The notes under the pieces are model-generated. The model was given only the letters and a program-made list of their open reading frames with translations. It made no database searches and was not told the DNA's origin. Both the position numbers and the translations under genes were made by a program. From positions 4,015 through 68,014 of the forward strand of contig DOJW01000004.1 of NCBI GenBank assembly GCA_003511165.1: DNA of 64,000 nt, given 5' to 3'. The DNA is from Candidatus Babelota bacterium. Its GTDB lineage: Bacteria; Babelota; Babeliae; Babelales; UBA12411. How positions within the stretch are numbered: position 1 is the first letter of the stretch; each line of letters begins with the position of its first letter. This document shows positions 38,638 through 47,867 of the stretch, in pieces.

Positions 38638-40710
38638 CTATTTTTTATTTACAATCTCATCTTGTACATTTTTAGGAACTTCTCTGTAAGCAAAGAATTC
38701 CATCGAAGATGAAGCTCTTCCTTTGGTTAACGATCGCAATGCAGTAGTATAACCAAACATTTCAGATAATGGAACCTCTGCCCTTATTACCTGGATTCCC
38801 TTTTTAGATTCCATACCTAAAATTCTTCCTCTTCTGGAGTTTAAATCTCCAATTACGTCGCCCATTGCCTCCTCTGGAGTCAACGCTTCGACTCTCATTA
38901 TAGGCTCAAGCAATACCGGAGACGCTTTTGCCATTCCATCCCTCAAAGCCATAGATGCTGCTATTTTAAATGCCATTTCTGAAGAATCAACATCATGGTA
39001 AGATCCATCATAAACAACAACTTTTACATCAACTACAGGGAACCCTGCTAGAATTCCTGAAGTTTCAGCCTCTACTACACCCTTTTCAATTCCAGGTATA
39101 TATTCTCTTGGAACAGACCCACCTACAATTTTATTTTCAAAAATACATCCCGCACCTCGTTCTTGAGGTGAAATCTCAAGCCAAACATGGCCATATTGCC
39201 CGCGTCCACCGGACTGTTTAATGTATTTACCTTCAGATTTGATAGATTTTTGAATAGTTTCCTTGAAGGCAACTTGAGGTTTTCCAACAACTGATTCAAC
39301 TTTATGCTCTCTTTTGAGACGATCCACTATAATCTCTAAGTGCAACTCGCCCATTCCGGAAATAACGGTTTGCCCTGTTTCTTCGTTGTATGAATATCTA
39401 AAAGAAGGATCTTCTTGCATCATTTTTCTAAGAGACAAGACAAGTTTTTCATAACCACCTCGCTCTTTAGGTTCAATAGCAATACTTACAACTGGTTCTG
39501 GAAATACAATAGACTCTAAATGAACTGATCTATCATCTTCCCCGCATAAAGTATCACCCGTTGTAGTATCTTTTAATCCTACAATCGCAATAATATCTCC
39601 CGCTTTTGAATCTGCAGCGTCTTCTCTTTTATTTGCATGCATTTTAACTAAGCGAGTTACTCGTTCTTTTTTATTTTTAGAAGTATTCATAATGTAAGAA
39701 CCAGCCTCTAACTTACCAGAATAAATTCTTGCAAATGTTAAAGAACCAACAAAAGGATCTGTCATAATCTTAAATGCTAAAGCGCAAAAGGGACCGTCTG
39801 GATCTGGATTAAAAGAAACTTCTTCCTTAGTATCCGCGTCAATACCTTTCATAGGAGGTATTTCAAGAGGTGATGGTAAATAAGCAACAACCGCATCAAG
39901 CAATAACTGAACGCCTTTGTTTTTAAAAGCAGAACCACAAAATACTAACGTTAACTTTTGATCGCAAACACCTTTTCTAAGCGCCTCTTTTACTTCGTCA
40001 GTAGAAATCGCTTCACCATTAAGATATTTCTCAGCCAAATTATCATCAAAATCGCAAGCTCTTTCAACAATATCGATATACATTTTGTCAGTTTTTTCTT
40101 TTAGATCTGCAGGAACTTCAACCCAATTAACAATAGCTCCCTTGGACGCTTCATCAAATGTTGCCATTTTCTTAGAAACAACATCGACAATCCCTTTGAA
40201 ATTCTCTTCTTGGCCAACAGGAATTTGCATAGGAAGAGGATCCCCGCTCAATTTTTCATCTATCTCTTGAACAACTGAAAAATAATCGGCCCCAATTCTA
40301 TCCATTTTATTTACAAAAGCTATTCTTGGAACATGATATCGATCCGCTTGTCGCCAAACAGTTTCAGATTGAGGCTCAACACCACCAACACCACAAAATA
40401 CAGCAACAGCACCGTCAAGAACTCGCAATGATCGCTCAACTTCTATTGTAAAATCTACGTGACCGGGTGTATCTATAAGATTTATTCTATAATCTTTCCA
40501 AAAACATGTAGTAGCAGCCGAGGTAATAGTAATTCCTCTTTCTTGCTCCTGCTCCATCCAGTCCATTGTAGCTTCGCCTTCATGGACTTCACCAATTTTG
40601 TGAGAAATACCAGTGTAATAAAGAATTCGCTCTGACACCGTAGTTTTTCCAGCGTCAATATGCGCCATAATTCCGATATTTCTATATTTTTTTAAATAAT
40701 CATTACTCAT
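38638..40710 (-). CDS. fusA: Elongation factor G
   Basis: 690 aa. [21 protein letters not shown]. Confidence 0.96.
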   Translation of the reverse strand: MSNDYLKKYRNIGIMAHIDAGKTTVSERILYYTGISHKIGEVHEGEATMDWMEQEQERGITITSAATTCFWKDYRINLIDTPGHVDFTIEVERSLRVLDGAVAVFCGVGGVEPQSETVWRQADRYHVPRIAFVNKMDRIGADYFSVVQEIDEKLSGDPLPMQIPVGQEENFKGIVDVVSKKMATFDEASKGAIVNWVEVPADLKEKTDKMYIDIVERACDFDDNLAEKYLNGEAISTDEVKEALRKGVCDQKLTLVFCGSAFKNKGVQLLLDAVVAYLPSPLEIPPMKGIDADTKEEVSFNPDPDGPFCALAFKIMTDPFVGSLTFARIYSGKLEAGSYIMNTSKNKKERVTRLVKMHANKREDAADSKAGDIIAIVGLKDTTTGDTLCGEDDRSVHLESIVFPEPVVSIAIEPKERGGYEKLVLSLRKMMQEDPSFRYSYNEETGQTVISGMGELHLEIIVDRLKREHKVESVVGKPQVAFKETIQKSIKSEGKYIKQSGGRGQYGHVWLEISPQERGAGCIFENKIVGGSVPREYIPGIEKGVVEAETSGILAGFPVVDVKVVVYDGSYHDVDSSEMAFKIAASMALRDGMAKASPVLLEPIMRVEALTPEEAMGDVIGDLNSRRGRILGMESKKGIQVIRAEVPLSEMFGYTTALRSLTKGRASSSMEFFAYREVPKNVQDEIVNKK

Positions 40711-40745
40711 AATTTACATCTCATTAGATAATACAAAATTCTAAT

Positions 40746-41228
40746 TTACCAAGCATAGTGAGAGAAAGCTCTATTTGATTCTGCCATTTTGTGAACTTCT
40801 AATTTTTTCTTAATGGCATTTCCTCTTCCCTCTGAAGCTTCTAACAACTCCGCCGCTAACTTCTCGCTCATGCTTTTATCGCTTCTTGCTTGAGCCGATG
40901 ATTTAATCCATCTAAAAGATAAAGCTAAAGCTCTTGCAGTTCGAACTTCTACAGGAATTTGGTAAACACCGCCACCAACTCTTCTAGGTTTAACTTCAAC
41001 CAAAGGTCTTACTTGATCGATAGCTTTTTCAAAAATAATAAAAGCTTTTTTGTCATCGCTGTTAGTTTTTTTAGCAATAACGTCAAAAGCTCCATAAACT
41101 ATAGAACGTGCTAAATCTTTTTTTCCACGTTCCATTATTACATTGATAAATTTTTGGACGACTTCAGATTTAAATCGAGGATCAACTCCGATTTCTCTTG
41201 TTATATTAACCGACTTACGTCTTGGCAT
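40746..41228 (-). CDS. rpsG: 30S ribosomal protein S7
   Basis: 160 aa. MPRR start, end ...ANRAFSHYAW. Confidence 0.94.
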   Translation of the reverse strand: MPRRKSVNITREIGVDPRFKSEVVQKFINVIMERGKKDLARSIVYGAFDVIAKKTNSDDKKAFIIFEKAIDQVRPLVEVKPRRVGGGVYQIPVEVRTARALALSFRWIKSSAQARSDKSMSEKLAAELLEASEGRGNAIKKKLEVHKMAESNRAFSHYAW

Positions 41229-41608
41229 TATTTAGTTCCCTTCTTTCTCTTGGCACCGTACAAAGAACGACTTTGAGTTCTTGCCTCGACTCCAGCTGAG
41301 TCCAAAGTACCTCTAATTATGTGATATCTTACACCTGGTAAATCCTTTACTCTTCCCCCTCTTATCAAAACAACTGAGTGTTCTTGCAAGTTATGACCCT
41401 CTCCTGGGATGTATGCAGTTACTTCTCTTCCAGTTGTTAATTTTACACGGGCAACTTTACGCAAAGCAGAGTTTGGTTTCTTTGGTGTAACGGTGTAAAC
41501 CCTTATGCAAGTTCCTCTTCTTTGAGGGCAACTTTTTAATGCAGGGGCCTTTGTGTCTGAGCTAACTTTGGTTCTAGAACCACGGATAAGTTGATTAACT
41601 GTAGGCAT
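41228..41608 (-). CDS. rpsL: 30S ribosomal protein S12
   Basis: 126 aa. [32 protein letters not shown]. Confidence 0.96.
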   Translation of the reverse strand: MPTVNQLIRGSRTKVSSDTKAPALKSCPQRRGTCIRVYTVTPKKPNSALRKVARVKLTTGREVTAYIPGEGHNLQEHSVVLIRGGRVKDLPGVRYHIIRGTLDSAGVEARTQSRSLYGAKRKKGTK

Positions 41609-41970
41609 ACTCTAAAGTCCTAATTTTAAAACTGATTAATAAAATTAAAATTTTCTCGAAAAATTTACGCTAAATTTGTTCATTAGTACTAAGCTAAATA
41701 TTAATATTTAAGAAATTTAGGCTTATATAAAGTTAATAATAACAAGATTAGGATATATTTTTTCTAACTTTTTTCAAGTAAAAAATATCTTTAAAATTTT
41801 CCGCTTCACATTTCTTAATAAAAATTAAATCCCCCAAGTTCAGGCAAAAGCTTAACAAAATCGTTGTATTTATAACAAAAACTTTATTCAATCGACTATT
41901 TGAAAAATTAAAACTAAAAAATCGTCCTCAAAATGAATTTTCAAATATTATTTTTTATCAAACTCAATTC

Positions 41971-42000
41971 TTGCCATTTCAACCACGTAAAATGTATACT
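41971..42000 (+). promoter_or_regulatory. Candidate sigma70 promoter for rseP
   Basis: TTGCCA (41971-41976), 18 nt spacer, TATACT (41995-42000), 52 nt before the ATG. AAGGA RBS at about 42041. Confidence 0.45.
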
Positions 42001-42052
42001 AAAAAAGTCTTAAAATTGCATTTTTATTAGTTTTTAGCGAAAAAGGAAATAT

Positions 42053-43141
42053 ATGATTCTATCGTCGGCAACCAAAGCATTCCCCGTTTTATACGCAATT
42101 ATCGGTTTTGGGCTTTTAATAATAGTTCATGAATTAGGCCACTTTTTATTCTGCAAAGCATTCGGTATATCCACCCCCACTTTTTCTATCGGAATGGGTC
42201 CTACTATTTTTCAAAAAAAGATTGGTACTACAAACTTTAAGCTTTCAGCACTTCCTCTCGGCGGCTATGTAGAAATCGCAGGCCTAGCAGAACCCGGACA
42301 AGGTGAGCAAAAACACTCTCAAGAAGAGGGAGATGGCGCCTTTAAATCAAAACCATACTGGCAAAAACTATTTGTACTCGCCGGCGGAGTAACTTTTAAT
42401 CTTCTTTTCGCATATTTAGTCTTCATTTTCATATTTATGATAGGCTTCCCCAAATCAGAAATTTTTATCCAAGAAGTTGAAAAAACTTGCCCAGCTGCAA
42501 CCGCTGGAATTCTTGCTGGAGACAAACTAATAAAAATAGGCGAATCCAATATCAAAGAAAATCCTGAGCTACTCAAAATAGAAAGAGAAAAAATCTTAAG
42601 CGGAAAATATACAAACGTAATTTTAACAGTCTTAAGAAACAACGAATTAAAAGAGTTCAAAGTACAATTCGACCTCTCAAATAAAGAAAAACCAAAATTG
42701 GGAGTAATTTTTAACTTCGGTTTTGCAGAAGAAAAAGAAAGATTTGCACCACTCGAAGCTATAAAAAAAGGAATCTATACCACCAACCAATATATTTACG
42801 TAACCGTATATTCTCTTACACAAATGTTTAAAAATAAATCACTAAAAGGTGCTGGCGGCCCTGTTTTAATAATTTCTGAAACTGTAAAATTCGCACAAAA
42901 AGGATTTTTCTACCTTTTCATGTTTTTAGCAATAATTAGCATAAGTCTTGCAATAATGAATTTGATACCCCTTCCGGTTCTTGACGGCGGACAAATATTA
43001 TTCACAACCATTGAAGCTATTATTGGTAAAGAAATACCTATAAATATTAAAAATTACATAAGCATAGGTTCAATATTTTTACTTTTACTGACATTCCTGT
43101 ACATAACTTATAACGACATTTTGTATCTGATAAAAAGATAA
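42053..43141 (+). CDS. rseP: Site-2 (M50) zinc metalloprotease RseP/YaeL-like with one PDZ domain
   Basis: 362 aa. HELGHFL zinc motif in TM1, PLGGYV, PDZ-like AGILAGDKLIKIG, C-terminal NLIPLPVLDGG. Confidence 0.9.
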   Translation: MILSSATKAFPVLYAIIGFGLLIIVHELGHFLFCKAFGISTPTFSIGMGPTIFQKKIGTTNFKLSALPLGGYVEIAGLAEPGQGEQKHSQEEGDGAFKSKPYWQKLFVLAGGVTFNLLFAYLVFIFIFMIGFPKSEIFIQEVEKTCPAATAGILAGDKLIKIGESNIKENPELLKIEREKILSGKYTNVILTVLRNNELKEFKVQFDLSNKEKPKLGVIFNFGFAEEKERFAPLEAIKKGIYTTNQYIYVTVYSLTQMFKNKSLKGAGGPVLIISETVKFAQKGFFYLFMFLAIISISLAIMNLIPLPVLDGGQILFTTIEAIIGKEIPINIKNYISIGSIFLLLLTFLYITYNDILYLIKR

Positions 43142-43145
43142 AAAC

Positions 43146-43180
43146 AAAAAGGGCTGCGAAATTCGCAGCCCTTTTGTTTT
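43146..43180. terminator. Bidirectional terminator between rseP and lpxC
   Basis: GGGCTGCG-AAATT-CGCAGCCC hairpin with an A-run before and a T-run after. Confidence 0.85.
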
Positions 43181-43193
43181 AAAATTACCTGTC

Positions 43194-44096
43194 TTAAATC
43201 AACATCCAATCACTTGGATTTTTTAAATAATGTTCTACAATTTTACGGTTAAAGTTATGCCCAGTTCGCTTAGCTTTTATCTTTCCAGCCAATTTAAAAC
43301 CGGTTAAGGATAAATCCCCAAGAAGATCCAATAATTTGTGTCTAACAAATTCATCCTCGAATCTACGCTCATTTACATAACCATTTTTTGTTATAACTAC
43401 GGTATTTTCAAGGGATGCACCTTTGGCTAGACCATTTTGTTGCATAAAAGGTAATTGCTCTAAAAATCCAAATGTTCTAGCAGGTGAAATTTCATTTATA
43501 AACAAATCTTGAGTTAAACAACAGTTAATCTCCGCTGCACCCAAAACGGGATTTTCAAATTCAGCTTTATAATCTATGTATAAATTTTTATCAAACTTCT
43601 CAAGCACGCTTCCATCTTTTTCATTCAAGCAAAAATACTTTTGAGCAGGTGAAAAAATAAGTTCTCGTTCATGCTGCAAATCTTCAAAATAAAGCATTTT
43701 TCTTGGAGTTAAAAAGTTTTTTTTAGCATTTTGAACATCTATGCCAACTCTCAAAATCTCTTTAATAAAAGGAAAAGAACTTCCATCTAAAATAGGAATT
43801 TCCTCACCATCCACTTCTATCATCAAATTATCTATTTGCAAGCAAGTCACAGCCGCAAGAAGATGTTCTATCGTTCCAATTCGCCATTCACTAGAACTTA
43901 AAGATGTTGAATATTGAGAATTATCAGGACAAACTTTACCAACCTCTATTTTAACATTTGGATATTTTATATTTCTAAAAATTATCCCACTATTTTCATT
44001 TGCTGGTTTTAAAGTAACCTTACAACTCAAACCAGAATGAACCCCTATCCCGTCAAAAGATAATTCTTCTTTAATAGTTTTTTGACTTATTTCCAT
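43194..44096 (-). CDS. lpxC: UDP-3-O-acyl-N-acetylglucosamine deacetylase
   Basis: 300 aa. GIGVHSG, TIEHLLAA, HKLLDLLGDL, GHN.N. Confidence 0.92.
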   Translation of the reverse strand: MEISQKTIKEELSFDGIGVHSGLSCKVTLKPANENSGIIFRNIKYPNVKIEVGKVCPDNSQYSTSLSSSEWRIGTIEHLLAAVTCLQIDNLMIEVDGEEIPILDGSSFPFIKEILRVGIDVQNAKKNFLTPRKMLYFEDLQHERELIFSPAQKYFCLNEKDGSVLEKFDKNLYIDYKAEFENPVLGAAEINCCLTQDLFINEISPARTFGFLEQLPFMQQNGLAKGASLENTVVITKNGYVNERRFEDEFVRHKLLDLLGDLSLTGFKLAGKIKAKRTGHNFNRKIVEHYLKNPSDWMLI

Positions 44097-44233
44097 TTTT
44101 TTATTTAACCTAATAAATTTTCAAAACGATAAAATACAATGAAAATTTTACTAAATATTGAAAACAATAAACTAAAATAACTCTCCAAAATTTATTTTGC
44201 AAAAAGCTCAAAAAATTTATTTAAACAACAAAG

Positions 44234-44265
44234 AAAAAAGGCAGTTCGCTTGAACTGCCTTTTTT
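44234..44265 (-). terminator. Rho-independent terminator directly after rplM
   Basis: GGCAGTTC-GCTT-GAACTGCC hairpin. The A-run on the plus strand gives a T-run on the minus strand. Confidence 0.8.
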
Positions 44266-44281
44266 AAAACTTTTAATTGTT

Positions 44282-44710
44282 TTATTTTGCTGGTACAGAA
44301 ACTTGTCCTTCATGAGGATGCTCTTTTCCTGCATATACTTTTAGCTTGCTAAAAATCTGTCTATTTAACTTATTTTTAGGAAGCATTCTCTTAACTGCAA
44401 GTTCGATAAGTTTTGTAGGATCCTTCTTCATAAACGCTTCAGCTGTAAATTCTTTCAACCCACTTCTGTAGCCTGTGTAATGAGAATATATTTTACCATC
44501 CCATTTGTTACCGGTTAAAACAATCTTCTCACAATTGGTAACTATAACGTAATCACCACAATCAACATGAGGAGTATATTCTGGTTTATCTTTACCTCTA
44601 AGAATATCTGCAATTTCTGTTGCAAGTCTTCCTAAAACTCTACCAGAGGCATCGATTACTCGCCATTGAGGATCACGATTTTCTTTTTTTACTATAAAAC
44701 TTTTGTTCAT
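44282..44710 (-). CDS. rplM: 50S ribosomal protein L13
   Basis: W.VIDA.G..LGRLA..IA..LRGK.KP.YTPH.D.GD.V.V.N. The start is moved to MNKSF, which has an AGGTG RBS 11 nt upstream. The track start is 44743. Confidence 0.92.
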   Translation of the reverse strand: MNKSFIVKKENRDPQWRVIDASGRVLGRLATEIADILRGKDKPEYTPHVDCGDYVIVTNCEKIVLTGNKWDGKIYSHYTGYRSGLKEFTAEAFMKKDPTKLIELAVKRMLPKNKLNRQIFSKLKVYAGKEHPHEGQVSVPAK

Positions 44711-44884
44711 ATCCATAAAAGCACCTACTAACCATACTTTCAAGCTTGATAATATTTAATAAAATCTCTAAAAAGAATAAAAATTAAAAGGTATAAATAT
44801 ACTCCTAATTTTCTAAAGATTTTCTGATTTTAAAACAAAAAACTCAATGGGTCAATTATAAAAACAACATTCCTCTCAAAAAAC

Positions 44885-46546
44885 TCATTTTTGAGCCCGT
44901 TTTTCAATCATCGACTCTATAAAAGCAACAAATAAAGGATGCGGCTTTAGATAGGAAGATAAGAATTCAGGATGGAATTGAACACCAAGCATAAATTTAT
45001 GGTCTTTTAATTCCGAAATCTCGACCAAATTTTTATTTTTGTAAATTCCCGAAAAAACCATTCCGTTATTTTCAAATTCCTTTTTGAACTTATTATTAAA
45101 TTCATATCTATGCCTATGTCTTTCTAAAACAGTTTCTACGGCATAAGCATTCGCCGCCTTTGTTTTAGATTTCAAATGACAAGGAAATGCGCCAAGTCGC
45201 ATAGACCCGCCCTTCGATGTTACAAAAGTTTGGTCTTCAAGCAGTTCTATAACTGGATTTTTACAAGAAAGTTCAAACTCTTCACTATTTGCATCTTTTA
45301 ACTTCAAAACATTCCTTGCAAACTCTATGATCATTATTTGCATTCCAAGGCAAATACCAAAATATGGAAGATTGTTTTCTCGGGCAAATCGAGCTGCATA
45401 AATCTTTCCTTCCACGCCGCGATTGTCAAAACCACCAGGAACTAGAATTCCATCTACTCCTTTGAAAAGAGATATAGCCTTTTTATAACTTCCAGCTTGT
45501 TCTATTTTTTCCGCATCTAAAACAACTATTTCAATATCGCGATCACAATTTAATGCAGCAGCATTTAACGCTTCGATGATACTTATATAAGGATCACTAA
45601 TACCAACATATTTCGCTACAAACCCTATTTTTAACGTCTTTTTCTTTTTTACAATTTTCGCAACAAGATTTTCCCAGCAGCTTAAATTTGCTTTTTTTAT
45701 TTTTGAAATTTGAAATTTTTGTTGAATTTTTTCTGCTAATTTTTGCTCATTTAATTCTAAAAATAACCTAAATACGGGCTTTCTTGTCGGTACTGTAAAA
45801 ATCAAATCTTCGCTTACACCACACATTAAAGATAATTTTTTCAAAGATTTAACATCGATATCTTTATCAACTCGTAAAAATATAGCATCTGGAACAATGC
45901 CCGCTTTTTTCAAAAACATAATACTATGCTGAGTTGGTTTTGTTTTAAACTCATTAGCCCATTCTAAATAAGGAACATAACTTAAATGTGCATGCAAAAA
46001 ACGATCATATCCAACTTCAAGTCGCAATTGTCTAATAGCTTCTAAAAAAACTTCTCCCTCGATATCTCCAACCGTACCACCTATTTCTATAAGTAAATAA
46101 TCTGGTTTTGTTTTTAAAGCTAAAGATAAAATTCTACCTTTGATAGCATCAACTACATGAGGTACCAGCTGTATACATTTACCAAGAAAATAACCAGCTC
46201 TCTCTTTATCCAAAACTTCTTGAAAAATTTGCCCCGCAGAAACTGAGGACTCTTTTGTCAATTGGATACCAAGAGTACGCTCATAATGCCCAAGATCCAT
46301 ATCTGTCTCAGCACCATCTTGCGTAACAAATACTTCACCGTGAACAAGCGGTGACATAGTTCCAGGATCAACGTTTAAATAAGGATCCATTTTAACTATT
46401 GAAATATTTTTACCACAATTTTTGAGCAATGTTCCGATTGATGAAACTAAAATCCCTTTACCAATCGAGGAACAAACTCCTCCAGTCACCACAATAAAAT
46501 TGGTATTTAACTTTGAAAACTGTTCTAACAAATTTTTTTCAGTCAT
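44885..46546 (-). CDS. pyrG: CTP synthase
   Basis: 553 aa. VTGGV.SS.GKG, GICLGMQ, HRHRYE.N. Confidence 0.95.
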   Translation of the reverse strand: MTEKNLLEQFSKLNTNFIVVTGGVCSSIGKGILVSSIGTLLKNCGKNISIVKMDPYLNVDPGTMSPLVHGEVFVTQDGAETDMDLGHYERTLGIQLTKESSVSAGQIFQEVLDKERAGYFLGKCIQLVPHVVDAIKGRILSLALKTKPDYLLIEIGGTVGDIEGEVFLEAIRQLRLEVGYDRFLHAHLSYVPYLEWANEFKTKPTQHSIMFLKKAGIVPDAIFLRVDKDIDVKSLKKLSLMCGVSEDLIFTVPTRKPVFRLFLELNEQKLAEKIQQKFQISKIKKANLSCWENLVAKIVKKKKTLKIGFVAKYVGISDPYISIIEALNAAALNCDRDIEIVVLDAEKIEQAGSYKKAISLFKGVDGILVPGGFDNRGVEGKIYAARFARENNLPYFGICLGMQIMIIEFARNVLKLKDANSEEFELSCKNPVIELLEDQTFVTSKGGSMRLGAFPCHLKSKTKAANAYAVETVLERHRHRYEFNNKFKKEFENNGMVFSGIYKNKNLVEISELKDHKFMLGVQFHPEFLSSYLKPHPLFVAFIESMIEKRAQK

Positions 46547-46554
46547 AACTCACC

Positions 46555-47841
46555 TCACAATTTTTCTTTCTTATTCACCATTTCTTCTATTTCATCTACA
46601 TTTCGTTGCAAATTTTCGCTCAAACAAATAGAACCATCTTCAACGATTAAAAAATCATCTTCAATCCGGATTCCTATATTTTCTTGAGGTATATAAATCC
46701 CTGGCTCTATAGTAATAACATTTCCAAATACTAAAGGCACAGAGGCGCTACCAACATCATGCACATCAAGCCCTAAAAAATGACCTATTCCGTGCACAAA
46801 ATATTGCCCCAACCCATATTCTTCAAAAAATCTAACCGCTAAATGCTGCAGCGATTTATCAGGCTCATTTGGATTATTTAGATACATTCCTGCTCGTGCA
46901 ATAGATTTAATATATTTTTGAGCATCTAACACAATACTATAAACTTCTTTTTGCCGTACACTAAATTTGCCATTAACCGGATAAGTTCTAGTTAAGTCTG
47001 CAGCATAATTTCCAGCTTCAGCGCCGATATCGACAACAACCAAGTCCCCTTTTTTTAGCTTTTCACTTTTACTTGTATAATGCAAAATCGTAGAATTTTT
47101 ACCACTTGCAACAATACTAGGAAATGCTGCATTTAATCCTTTTGAAATAAAAACAGATTCAATCACGGCTTGAACATCAGACTCATAAATATCCGGCATG
47201 ATTAACCTTGCTACTGCTTGGTGGGCAAGAGATGTAACACTAATAGCTTTTTGAATCTCTAAAACTTCACATTTTTCCTTTATGTTTCGCATTCGCTCAA
47301 TAATAGGCGAAAGATCAAAAGAAATATCCTTCAAATGATCAAGCTTCGAAACTAAAAATCTAAAACAATAAACTGGAAATAAATTTTTATGATTCAAAGT
47401 GTTTAATATTGCAAAAACACCAATATCATCTTTTTTCAAAAAGACATATAAATCTGAAAGTAAGTTTTCATACTCATCAGCAGAGAATAGCGGATTCAGT
47501 GAATACCCTATGCAAGGCTTACCTAATTGTTTTACTTCACTAAAATCAGCAATCTTCGAATCATTTATAGAGGAAACCCATTGCTCTCTTTTTGCGCTAT
47601 AATTTGGCAAATATAAAATCTCTCTACCATCAAAATACAAAAGTAAAACCGCTCCTGGTTCATTCAAGCCTGTTAAATAATAAAAAGAGCTATGCTGGCG
47701 AAATAAATGTCTATCATTTTCAAAATCAGCAAAAAATATCGCTACTCCATTTTGAAGTTCGAGACATTTTTCTTTTAATATTTCAATTACTCTTTTACGC
47801 CTTTCTTTAAAACAAAAAAAGCTTTTTTCCGGCTTTGTCAT
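46555..47841 (-). CDS. pepP: Xaa-Pro aminopeptidase (M24B)
   Basis: 428 aa. DIGAE..NYAADLTRT, HGIGHFLGLDVHD, EPGIY, RIEDD. Confidence 0.85.
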   Translation of the reverse strand: MTKPEKSFFCFKERRKRVIEILKEKCLELQNGVAIFFADFENDRHLFRQHSSFYYLTGLNEPGAVLLLYFDGREILYLPNYSAKREQWVSSINDSKIADFSEVKQLGKPCIGYSLNPLFSADEYENLLSDLYVFLKKDDIGVFAILNTLNHKNLFPVYCFRFLVSKLDHLKDISFDLSPIIERMRNIKEKCEVLEIQKAISVTSLAHQAVARLIMPDIYESDVQAVIESVFISKGLNAAFPSIVASGKNSTILHYTSKSEKLKKGDLVVVDIGAEAGNYAADLTRTYPVNGKFSVRQKEVYSIVLDAQKYIKSIARAGMYLNNPNEPDKSLQHLAVRFFEEYGLGQYFVHGIGHFLGLDVHDVGSASVPLVFGNVITIEPGIYIPQENIGIRIEDDFLIVEDGSICLSENLQRNVDEIEEMVNKKEKL

Positions 47842-47867
47842 ATGACCTCCAAAAATAAATTTATTTT

